NCBI RefSeq assembly: GCF_004010195.1
Contig: NC_057755.1
Location: 8,683,685-8,747,684, forward strand
Origin: Chiloscyllium plagiosum
Lineage: Eukaryota
Direction of reading: 5' to 3'
Length of the DNA: 64,000 nt
Shown here: piece after piece, positions 35,878 through 47,770 of the stretch
How positions within the stretch are numbered: position 1 is the stretch's first letter
Layout: every line of letters begins with the position of its first letter
Notes under the pieces: model-generated
Seen by the model: only the letters and a program-made list of their open reading frames with translations
Databases searched by the model: none
What the model was told of the DNA's origin: nothing
Translations under genes and position numbers: made by a program

Positions 35878-38800
35878 GTGTCAAATGAACACATTCCTTT
35901 GTTATGAATGGATGCTAGATGTAAATCTGAAATGGCATAAAAGAGAACGATCACTTGTGTGTTGGCAGATTGTGTCTGCCGGGTGCCACAGAGAAGGAAC
36001 CAAACATCGATTACATGAGCACAAATTACCAGGTCAGGTTCTTTGCTTTGTGCAATGACGGAGGCATTCGGGCTGTGCTAGCATTGACAGCATGCCCCTT
36101 AAAGGTGGAGCAGTGCTGCGTCCCGTCAACAACTGGTAGGCTGACCCACACGCCCTGGGGGAGGGTAATCCAGGATATTCACAGAGTGGTGGTGAAGGAG
36201 AAGCAATATATTTCCCAGTCGAGATTTTGAGTGATTTTATAGGGAAGTGTAGGGGGTGGTGTTCTAGTGTGTCTCTGTCCTTGCCTGGATGGAAGTGATC
36301 ACGTGTTGGAATGTGCTATTTCAGGACCTTTGGTGAATTTCTGCACTGTGTCTTGTAGCCGGTACCCAATGCTGATATTGAGTATTGGTGGTTGAGGGGC
36401 TGGATGATTGTGGGTATTGATACAATCAAGCATGTTGCTTTGTCCTGGAGAGTGTCAAGACCTTTTTTTATAATTAACGTCAGTGCTCAATTTCTCTTTC
36501 ACAGTGAATATTCGTTCTGACTCTCAATGTTCGAGGAACTGCTCAGATATGATGATGTATATGGCCATCCACTGTGTGCTGTAACTAATGTGCCCAGAAA
36601 TAAACAGGTGAAAGTAACAACAAGAATCACAATTGTAGACACAGACTGAAACATAACCTTGCATTTCACAATCGCTGCAACAAAACAAAATGTCAGACAC
36701 ACCCAAAGAAGGATGTCCAGGAATGTTGACAACGGGGTAGTTTCAATGATGGGCAGTGGGAGATGGTAAATAGAATTGTGAACAACTGGACAAGCTTTGC
36801 TTTTCGGAAGCAAGACCACAGACTGAATGTGAGTTGTGGAAAAGAGCTTTGAATATTACATATTTTCATCCCAGCAGCTAATAATGCCAGTAAAATCAGA
36901 TTCCAGAATGATAGCAGTTTCGAAGACATTAAAGTTTAATCTTTTCATTCTCTGGTAGTCAGTCACTGAACATAGTCACACGATTTAGCACACGAATGTC
37001 AACTTATTGGTGACACAAACAAAGCTAGAAGCGCATGAGAAATTGCAAAAGGCTTTCACATGAAACACAAAAGCAAAGACTCAGTCTTTTGCACAACAAT
37101 ATCCATTACAGGTAAACAATATGTGTGAAACATCATTCTAAATACAAATTGTTAATTTTTTGCAGTACTGATTGATTCCAATTTTCATGGCCGAGAGTGG
37201 TCTACCAATTCTGAGGACATAGCTTTCTTTGCAGTTAACACAACCTTGGAAATCCTACAAGTTCTTTCAAGTTGGAGACCCTGTTAGAAGACTAGAAATG
37301 CATCTTCAACTGCTGGTCAGACTTGTATGGTTATTTACACAGTTTAATAATTCGAGTAAATGGATATTTTACTACTTTGATTAATTCCTCCTAGAATTTA
37401 GTTTGGGTTAGAGCGCATATGCAAGTGTTGGTGCATGAACTCAGAAGCTGTAGCATGAATCCAATTTCTTGAAGAACAAATGTTGGATCATTGAAAATCT
37501 TATTTTCATAATTATAATTTATTATTTGCCAGTTGAAACAGTGTATGATATATGTCATCCACAACAGTATAAAATTAGCAGACAAGGCAAAGAGCAAGAT
37601 GATGGATTTTATCCTGTTTACCACCTCTGGATCAATATTGTTCTTTCCATTTCTTTGGATCTGGAGGCGACAGCGGATGTGGTTAACTGTTATAATGTGC
37701 CTGACAGTCAGATCATTGCATATCAAAATCAGTACAATTGGAACCAATGGTGTTATTATACTGTCAATCCATTCATATACTTTCCAGAATAATAACGTGT
37801 AATAGTCTGATTTTATGATGCAAAACCATGGCAAGTTGCCAATAACAACTGAAGGAGTAAACACAAAATACCAAGTAATTGACTGCAAACAGCTGACCAC
37901 ACACACAGTTAATATAACTACAAACACAGTCCTCGTGTTACAATACCTTGCTCTTAGCTTTTGGCAACAAATTGCTACATACTGATCAAATGTGAAAGCA
38001 ACTGTGAACCACACTGAACAATCCACGACCGCAATGAATATAACAAACCTCAAGGCACACACAGGAGTGATGGATAAGAAATTAAGTGGGAAATAGAAAT
38101 TCTGTCTAGTAAGACATTAAGGATGACGAGAAGTAGATTTGCTGTTGACATTGCCAATAAATAGCGACTGATGCATTTGGAGAGCCCACAATGGCCTTGC
38201 TTCAAGATCACAATTGCCACTAAATTAACTGAAAGAAAAATAAATAAAATTACACTTCTTTATGATTAGAGTCACAGCAAAAACATCGGCATAAATGAGA
38301 CCAAGGGCCTCAGATTAAACATGAACTAAATTGCACGATGCATAGGGAAAAAGTTACAATAGATTGATGACCCAAGCAAAAAAAGAATGAAATTAAGATA
38401 TGTTGGGAACCAGTAGACAAGGAGAATAAATTGATAAATAAATTAGATTAAAAACCATAAAAAAGGAAACATTTTAATGCAAGTATATCACGCTGACAGA
38501 TCACTGAAATAGTTAGCAGATTTCTTCCTGCTTACTAAATTTGTAATGGAAGAAAAAATCAAGTAAGAATGGTAATAAGGATAAAATATTTAACATCAAT
38601 AGGCCTCATCAGGAGCTCAGTACATATGCAATCTTGACTATATATATATATATGAAGTGGAACTGAGATGGTTTAACATGATGATTAGGTTGTTGGACTG
38701 GCCTGTCACTGAACGGGTTTCCACGCTTTCTCATGCATACTAGTCATTAATCTGCAAGACCTGTTAATGCGGGGACATAGCTCACGGAGATGGGCAGGCA

Positions 38801-40934
38801 TAGGAGAACATGAAAATCATTTTGGAACTTGGTAATTGTGGTACTTTATCAGAACACTAACACTGTAATTGGAATGTGTGATTACTGTCCGCTTGATTGT
38901 CAACACATCCACAAAAATGGTCACTTCCTTTACCACCAACACTCAGTCGCAGTGTGCACTGTCAACAAAATGTACTGCAGAAATTCACCAGCGATTCACG
39001 GACATCATCAGCCACACTCATAAACACTTCCATACAGAAGGACAGAGTGTCTGATACATGGGACCATCACACCCTGCATGTTCCCTTGAACACACTCACC
39101 ATCCTGACTTGAAAATACATCACCGTTCCTTCACTATCTCAGGTCATAATCATGGATTTCCCTGACCCACGGCATTGTGGATAAACCCACATCAGACAAA
39201 CTGCAGCAGTGCATGAAAGTTCCATCATCGTTTCAAGAGGCAATTAGCGATGGACAATAAATACTGGTCTGCCAGCTCACATCCCACACATGAATAAAAA
39301 AAGGACGAGTCAGAATTCAAAATTCAGTGTTCGGATCACTTGTGTCTGTAAGGTTAAATTTTGTGAAGTGACACGAACAGAAGTCTTCAGGACAGAATGA
39401 CGAAATGAATCAATCAACACCTGGAATCCACTTCCAGCATAAAAAAAACATTGATGTTACAACAGTGGGAGGAAATCCTTGGGGTTCAGACGCTTCTTCA
39501 CATATCAAACGAAAGGCACAATCGTTTATACATTAATTATATCCCACCCTTACAGACGAATCATATCATTAATTATTTGCATCTGCACCCAATCTAATCA
39601 GCCATGTGACTGGCTAGTCAGTGATGGACAGCCTTTCAGACATCTCACGGTCTTCTATAATGACATAATGTTTCCGGATGCCCTTATCTCCATCCTTGGA
39701 GATTTCATAGTGCGTGCTAAGTATAATCACATTCGAATACTGCTGACATTTGCACCTGTCATTGAACCCTCCTTGCAATAGTGTGGAAGCTCTCCCTCAC
39801 TGTCCAGAGGATTTTTAGTGTAATCTCTTGAATGCTTATTCAGTTTTGTTTTTAGGTTATACACATTGTAAATAATTAAAACATTCAAATATGAACATCT
39901 GGAAATCTCAACTAATGTAAATTATTTGTGATGGCTCTCAGACTTTAAAGCTGCTATGTATGAGATTCGTCTGTCAGAATCCTTTCGCATGTCCCTCTGC
40001 ATCTGTTTCTGCATAAACTGCAGTCTCTAAAAGGATTCTTTGTGTATTATCTTAATCTATTATGTTGCATATAATCTATCTGCAAAGCTACATTGTCCTA
40101 ATTCGTGCTTTACTGTAATGCTACACTAAACAAACGTTTCGAAGTTGAAGGCATGTACTGTACATTTAAGAGAGAGAGAATGATGAGCTGAACTGAGAGA
40201 TGACAAGCAACTCTGTTATGGCTGGATGGCAGTCCTGGAGTGTACTGGAAAGTTGAAATATGTAATCTATGGCTGTAAAGTGAATACCTGAGTTTTGGTT
40301 CCTATTTTGAGAACAATCCCACTTTAACCAAACAGCCAAATTATGCCCCAGGATACTAAAACCTAACTGAGCTTGAAATTGCGGTTTTGTGGAAAAAGGT
40401 GGACATTTTGTAAATTGGTCAGACAGAAACTGGCATATAGAGAGAAACTGTTGCAGAACACATTGCCCATCTCACGTCTTGCTCCAAAAAGAATAAGAAA
40501 ACATACTGTATCAGAGCTACCTTCTCAGTTGAAAAATACTCGCAGTGAAAAGGAAGAACACCACTCAGAGAGATAATCAGCCAAACGAGTGCCGACACAG
40601 AAGATGGCAGAGACTGTGTGATTTTGAAATTAAGTTGCTATGATTTCAATAAATGTCTTATTATGGATTTTGAGGCAAATTTTCAGCAGTTAAGAGAATG
40701 GAGGGCTTAGATTTGCGAATTGTTTTTTTTTGTTTACTGTTTGCTTTCACCGTTTAAAAATTAAATTGATTTTATTTTCTATAAACAGTTGAATCCGGGA
40801 GTTCCTTGTCACCAATATTTTAACGGATTGTGAAGCAAGGCGAGCTCTTCTGTGTGATTGTCTTAAATAACAGAGTGGTTCAACCTCCGTGTTGCAACAC
40901 ACGTTATTTCCCAGTCAACTGCAAACTGTTTTAG

Positions 40935-41340
40935 CCATCATTGCAGCAATGGGAACGTGAGTTCCATGATGAGGGCTGTTAACCTGATCTAATCAGGAAG
41001 CCCATGCTGATAGATATAAATAGGAGTCAGGGCTTCCTTTCACTCAGAGAGTTGGCTCTGAGGGAGCTGGATTAGTGTCAAGGACTGTCCATGTATAAAT
41101 AAAGAGTAACTTGGTGACGGGACACTGGCCACTGTGGATTTATATTACAGGGAGTCTACTGTTCTTGATCTGGTCTTGATCTAAATCTGGAACTTCCCTC
41201 TGAAATGGCCTAAAAATAAAAAAAAAAACAAGCAGGAGTGTCCGGGTTTTATTGACTCTGAGAGCTGGCTCCAAGAAAGCCGGACACGTGCAAATAAAGA
41301 GTGAATTGGTGATGTGATACCAGCCTCTGAGGAGTTCTTT
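40935..41340 (+). mobile_element. Gypsy LTR-family copy (40935-41140) plus a second LTR 3' half preceded by an A tract (41212-41340)
   Basis: GATATAAATAGGAG at 41013; A run followed by CAAGCAGGAGTGTC..ACTCTGAGAGCTGGCTCC..AATAAAGAGTGA. Confidence 0.65.
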
Positions 41341-43214
41341 AAACATTGTCTTGGTTTCAGCTAAAGGCAACACATACAGCTACGATGCAAATATGCAATT
41401 GACTGCAACTGAAGAATTATCAACTTGTTCCAATAAATTAAAGCAATTTCTTAACATTTGCCTTGTTGAGGCAAAAGTAATTTTCGGCTACAGATTTGGG
41501 AGCGACATTATGCTGAGCCACACCGAGATTCTGATGAAAGAAATAACTGCTCTTTTTTTTATTATTTCCTTTTGTGAGATATTGAGCTCCAACTGAAGTC
41601 TGGATCATTTTAAATCAGAGAAAGACTCGATCTATACAGGTAGCTTCAAGGATAAAGGGGTAGAACATGGGGAATTTACTTTGCCTCTGAGCTACAGAGA
41701 CCCGTTTCTCTTTAATGAGACATGTGTCCACAATCCAATTAATAATGTTCATTAAACTGTTATCTGATGTGAAGCATCGTAAGTCTTACGTTGCTTTTCA
41801 ATCATGGAGTCGTACCAACGTACAGCACAGAACCAGAGACATCAAACTAGCTCATCCATGCCAACCGGGTTTCCCAAACTAAGGTCGTTCTATTTTCTTG
41901 CGTTTGGGCCCATTTCCCCCTAAAATGTTTCTATTCATGTACCTGTCAAAATATATTTTTAAATGTTGTAACTGTGCCTGCATCCATCATCTTCTCTGAC
42001 AGTTCATTCCACGTAAGAATCACTCTCTGTGTGAAAAACCTACCTCTCAACGGTGTTTTAAATCTTTCTTTTTTTATCTTTAAACTTATGGTCTCCTGTT
42101 TTGAGCCTCCTCGCACATCTGAGAGAAAATAACTTTACTTTTCATATTATCCTTGCCCCTCATGATTTTATAAATCTCTGGAAGGTTACTCCTCAGTCTC
42201 CAACGCTGCAGAGACAATAACTCAAACCTTCCAGTCCTGGCAACATCTTGACCAATTTTAACTGAAACCTCTCAAATCCATTAATATGCTTTCGATAGCA
42301 AGTGGCCAAGACTGCACATTATTCCAAAGCTAGATTCACCAACGCTTCGTACAACGGCAACATGACATCGCAACAACTATATTCAATGATCTGAGCTATG
42401 AAACACGCCAAGTGCCTCCTTTATCTACCTGTGACACAACATGCAAACAAGTATGTACCTGAATACTAAGGTATCTCTGTTTGACAACACTTCCCACGGC
42501 GCTTCCATGTACTACAAAAGCCCTGCCCTAGTTCATCTTACCAAAATGCATCACGTCACTTTTATCTAATTTATGTTCCATCTGCCACGCCTTGGCCAAT
42601 TGACCAAATTGATCAAGATCCCTTAGTTATGTCAGATAACCATCACAGTCTGCTTTACCACTAATGTTGGTGTCATTTGCAAACGTAATAACCATATTTC
42701 AAATGAATGTCTTCTCTCACATAGTAGTAAATGTCAGGAATTCACCGCCCAGAAAATTTTGGAATCCAGATCCCTGAAATTATTTAAGGCAGAGATCGAT
42801 AGAATTTTGAAATATCGAGGAGGTCAGAGCTATGTGGAGCTGGAAAAAAAGAAGTATTGAGACTTAGGTCAGATAAGCCATGACCTTATCGAACAGCCAT
42901 CAGTCTACTTTGGTTCCTGTCTCCATGTCTTTATATCATATCAGGAAATTTTTAAGATCATGGAAGTGTAAGAACTCATGCTTTGGAGAAGATCAACATA
43001 TGACAGGAAGAGCCTCAAACGGAATCAGCAAAATAAACTTAATGTGCCACCATGTTCGATCTTTGAACTATTAGAAGAAATATGGTTAAGAACAGCAGAG
43101 TGCCGATCTCCAAGAAGAAGGCATTAAGGACCACGCTCAGAAATGGAACCTTTGATGTGGGGAGACGAAATATACAAAGGTAGACAGAAACCAAGCCACC
43201 GCTTGGGGTTTGTA

Positions 43215-43330
43215 CAATGGCTCAGTGGTTCGCGCTGCAGTCTCACAGCACCACAGACACGGGTTCAATCCCACCCTCAGGAACCTATCTGTGTGGAGTT
43301 TGAATGTTCTTCTCATGTCTGCTTCCACGC
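43215..43330 (+). mobile_element. HE1-like SINE 5' fragment
   Basis: TGGCTCAGTGG (A box) and GGTTCAATCCC (B box), then TGTGTGGAGTTTG. Confidence 0.7.
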
Positions 43331-45644
43331 CGTCGGCATGCTATGTTTCGATGGGCTGTTCTGCAGAAAGGAAGTCAGGGGGTTTGAAAGTCCTCAAATG
43401 ACAGAACTGACGCAAATCATTCTCATGGAATGTGTTGTCCATTTAAACAACACCCTTTGTTATTCAATAACATTGCCGTCACATAATCCACCACTATCAA
43501 CATGCTGGGGATTACCGATGTCTCAAACCACCCCTAGCTTAGCCACATAAGTATTGTTGCTACAAGATCAGATCAAAGGCTAGGAATCCTACTGTGAAAA
43601 AGTAACCTCCAGGCTTACCAAAGCCTCTCTGCCATCTTCCAGCCACAAGGCAGGAGTTTGAAGGAATACTCCCCACTTTCCTGGATGGGTGTAGTTCCAA
43701 CAACAATCAAGATGCTCAACACCGTCCAAGACCATGGAAAATTCTGAAGAAGATTCATACCAGACATAAAAACGTAACTTTTGCTTCTTTCTCCAGAGGA
43801 ACTGACAGATCCGCCGAATCTCTTTAACATTTCCTTTGCTTATTACAACAGTTTGTCTTTATTCCAGGAAATATCAGCCCATTTGATTGCCACGACATCC
43901 ACAAACCTTTAGCCCATTGTTGCTCAGTAAAAAAACAGTGTGCACCATCTACAAGACTCATTGCAGCAGCTCACAACTTTTCTTCAGACAGCTCTCGCTC
44001 ACCCTCACAGCCCCTAATGTCTAGGAGCAGCAGATGGATGTGAATGATACCACTTGCAAGTTCCCTTCAGGACACTCACCTTCCTGGCTTGAAAACACAT
44101 CACCGTTTCTTCAGTGTTGCTGAATCAGTTAAAAGACATTTGGACAGCTCCATGGAGAGAAACAGTTTAGGGGGATATGGATCAAATACAGGAAAATGGG
44201 ACGAGTGCTGTTCAGGAAACCTGGTGAGCATCTATGATTTTGACTGAGGGGTCTGTTTCGGTGCTCTATGACTCGATGTGGCTGCTCTTACATCAAATGG
44301 TCTGCAGTGATTTGAGAAGGCAACTCACCACCACATCCTGAAGTGTAACTCGGGATGGGGAATAAATGGTGTCTCAGCCTGTTCGATATTAGAACTAAAT
44401 ACTCTAAACTTTTACAAATAAATCTGCTTCAGCGGACGCAAGGAAGCAACAAGAACTACTAGTAAAATTAGCAGGAACACATAGATTGGAAATAAACAAA
44501 GCCAGGGAAAGTATGTCAAATTTCAAAAATATTAAGGGGGTTGAGTTAAGTAGGTTATGCATGAGCATAAAAACGACACAAAAAAACTGTGAATGCTGTA
44601 ATTCAGAAACAAGAATAGAAGATGCTGGAAAAGCTATGAGGAAAGATTACTGGACGCAGAATTTTAACTCTGATTTCTCTTCCCAGATGCTGCCAAACCT
44701 GCTGAGCTTTTACAGCAACTTCTGATTTTTGTTTACACAAACAAAACTGGATTTAAGGACTTACCAATAATACCAACACTTCTAAGTATTGGGTAGTAAA
44801 TACGTGCTATCTGTAGGATTGCTGAGTATTTCATTCTGCGTCAGTCAGGCCTATCTGTTCCTGTGGAGTCAATGATTCTGTCAACCGATATACAACATTA
44901 TCGTCACACAGCCTAATTTTATTTGGAACCTAAATGTCCAGTTACATTAGTTGCAGTAAGCTGAACAAGCATCAATTTAACCATTTTCCTTTGAGGATTA
45001 TTATATAATGGAATCCATTTAGAAGAATAAAATATGACTAATGTCTTCAGAATTAGAATTAGATTTTAATGCCATGTGTTCTCAAATACTGAGGTAAACG
45101 AATGCAGTGAAAAATATACAATGTTTCCATTCTTGTCACCATCCTAGGTGCAAGGGTACCCCAGTGTATAATATTTGGTACAAAGCAGAAAATTGAAGTT
45201 AGATGTTAAATGATCTGGTTTGAAATAGTTTCGAAAGGCAGAACAATGCACGACAATTTGCAATAACGCTATTCTGTGTCAGACTGAGATATAACTTTTT
45301 CTTCATTATCTTCACTTAAATCAATGAATTGCCGGGAGGGGTTTTCCAGTGAGTGGGAAACTCACACGGGTTGCTACTCTGGCCCTTTTTTTCTGATGAA
45401 CGAAGACAGCCCTGCATTTCTGAGAGGAGATTCCATTCAGAGTACCCTCAGCAATGTGGAACCATATTTCCACCCTGACAGATATTTCCTGGTTTGAACC
45501 TATAGTGCATAAAGTAAGTGTTATTTGACAGTGCTGTAAGTGTAAGTTGCCAGGAGAGTAATGATGTAGTGCACCAGGTTAATATGGTGCAGGAGGTTCG
45601 GGTGTCAAGGTGCCAGGTATGTAGAGTACCGATTGGCGAGGCGT

Positions 45645-46389
45645 TTTAATGCCAACTAAGATGTGGGTATTGCAGTGATTGAGTTTCCTGATTGGGGCTT
45701 TTAACCTGGTCCAATCCGGGAGCCCTTGGTGATGGATATAAACAGGAGGGTACACACACACCATGGGTGCTGGGGATAAAATAAGCACTACCACACTTAG
45801 GTGGTAGTGTAAGAAAAAAAAGACAAAAAAGAGAGAAAAAAAGGGGAGGTCCCTCACTGTTTTGATCACACAGCAAAAGAGAAGAACAGGAGTGATCACT
45901 GTAAAAAAATAAATAAATAAAATATAAACAGGAGGGTCAGGAATTCTGCTCACTCTGACAGCTGGATGTGAGGAAGCCAGACAAGTGTCAAACATTTTGC
46001 ATGTGTAAATAAAGGGTGATTGGGTAACGGGATACCAACCTCTGTGGAGTTAATTCACTGGCGAGCAGAGTGAGATTAATGATGTATGCATGCAAAAGTG
46101 CCTTACCAGCTGAAGTCCAATTGGACTTCAACTAGGCATTGCAAATGGCTTTCCCTTTGAAAACTAAGCAAGTAGAGCATATCAGTTGCAGGTTATGCTA
46201 ATGGAAGTGGATACTCTCACGAGATCAACTGGGCTTGCAGGGCACCACTTCAGTGAAGGCAATTGCATCGCCTCTGGACATATTTGCTTGGAACTCCGAC
46301 TCCTCAGTTTATGTAAGACATTGGCTGTACTGAGAACCTATTCCTGAGAACATTTTCAGGTTAAGGGTACAACTTCGGTTCCAGTCTGC
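45645..46389 (+). mobile_element. Gypsy copy C: 5' LTR (to 46057) and start of the deleted internal region
   Basis: Colinear with copies A and B; PBS-like TGGCGAGCAG right after the LTR. Confidence 0.75.
45752..45921 (+). mobile_element. Stack of short Tx1 3'-end insertions in the LTR with a perfect 16-bp TSD
   Basis: ATATAAACAGGAGGGT at 45736-45751 and 45922-45937; the insert matches Tx1 3' UTR 18672-18720 and 18521-18547, with A tails. Confidence 0.85.
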
Positions 46390-46694
46390 TGTGGACCAGG
46401 CCACACGCCCTCAAAACATTTCAAGGAAGGAGGCCTGACGCTAACGTGGCCAGGTATTTTAAGCAAGTATTATTTAGGTAGGCAAGGAGTGATGCAGCTG
46501 TTCAAACAAAACAGAATTTATTTATAAGGTTACCGAATGAAATACAGACAGGAGAGAAGAGAATACTGAATACCACTAGCTATTCGAAAACCCAACAGAT
46601 TGTGGCAATTTCATGATGTTGTCCCCAATACTTTCAAAAATCCCTAAGAACATCCCCAGCAAAAAAAGTTAAAATCAAACCTAGGTTATTACAC

Positions 46695-47770
46695 AGCTCG
46701 TGTCGCTACATTACCAAAAGTATGTGGATGCCTTGGAGAGATTGGAGAAAAGGTTTACGAGGATGTTGCATGGAATGGAAGGTGCTAACTATGAAGAGAG
46801 GTTGAGTAGGTTAGGTTCATTTTCATTAGAAAAAAGTAGATTGAGAGTGGGGGCAGGCGAACCTGATTGATATTTAAAAAATCATGAAGGATATAGACAG
46901 TGTAGATAGAGATAAGCTTTGTTTTCCCAGGGTGAAGGAATCAATAACGAGAGGTCACGCTTTCAGGGTGGGAGTTGGAAAGTTTAATGGGGATACACGT
47001 GGCAAGTAATTCACAAAAAGGGTGATAGGTGTCTGCACCGTGTTTCCAGCAGAGGTGGTAGAGACGGTGTGGTGTAAAATTATGTCCCAATACATGTGTG
47101 AATCATAATGTAACACATGTATTGGGCCAAGCAGTGGAATGTGGTGAAACGGTTAAAAATTATGTCCCAATACATGTGTGAATCTAACCGGAATGGAGGT
47201 GTTGCTTAGTCCCGTGTGAATCTTATTACACACCTCCCCGTGTGAATCTTCTTATCTGTATGTAACCAGAATGGAATGTGTTTTTTAGCCTTGCTCTGCT
47301 GTTCACATGAATGTTTATATCTGGAAAAGAGTATATCAGCTGGAAAAGTCTCCAGTTCGGTGAGTCTGCTCCGGGGTTACGTTTAACCGCCGAGCGTGGG
47401 TTGTTGGCAACCGCTCTACGAGAACTGACGGCTCCCAGTTCCGGTAACATGTAGAGTGAGTATAAGCCAGACCCGTTGGTTGTGGCGACGCTGCGGGGAA
47501 TAAAATGCCCATATTCTAGCAGACTCGCCTCTTGGTCGTTTGTTCTGTGTCAGACTACTCTCCTACGAACCTGACCTTGAGAATTTTTTAAAACAGACGG
47601 GCACGGTAGATTCAGTTAAGATACGTCTGGACAAATGCATGAGCACGTGGGGAGCAATGCTGAGGAATTGACTGACAGATTTAGACCATAGAGTAGCATT
47701 GGTTCAGACTTGGAGGGCTGAAGGGCCTGTTCTTGGTCTGTAAATTTTCGTTGTTCTTTGTTCTTTGATC
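46695..47770 (+). mobile_element. CR1 3' fragment inserted in the Gmr1 3' LTR
   Basis: Similar to 63360-63911, (TTCTTTG)n tail. Confidence 0.85.
47068..47595 (+). mobile_element. Solo LTR (528 bp) with 5-bp TSD inside CR1
   Basis: TG...CA termini, GACGG at 47063-47067 and 47596-47600, TATAA at 47461, AATAAA at 47498. Confidence 0.85.

Larger units (their letters stand above)
37331..44834 (-). pseudogene. GPR139-like GPCR pseudogene, paralogue 3 (exon 1 44765-44834, exon 2 37331-38228)
   Basis: Exon 1 MKYSAILQIARIYYPILRSVGII and both splice sites intact; 7-bp frameshifting deletion near 38100, DRF changed to DQY, premature TAG at 37391. Confidence 0.88.
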
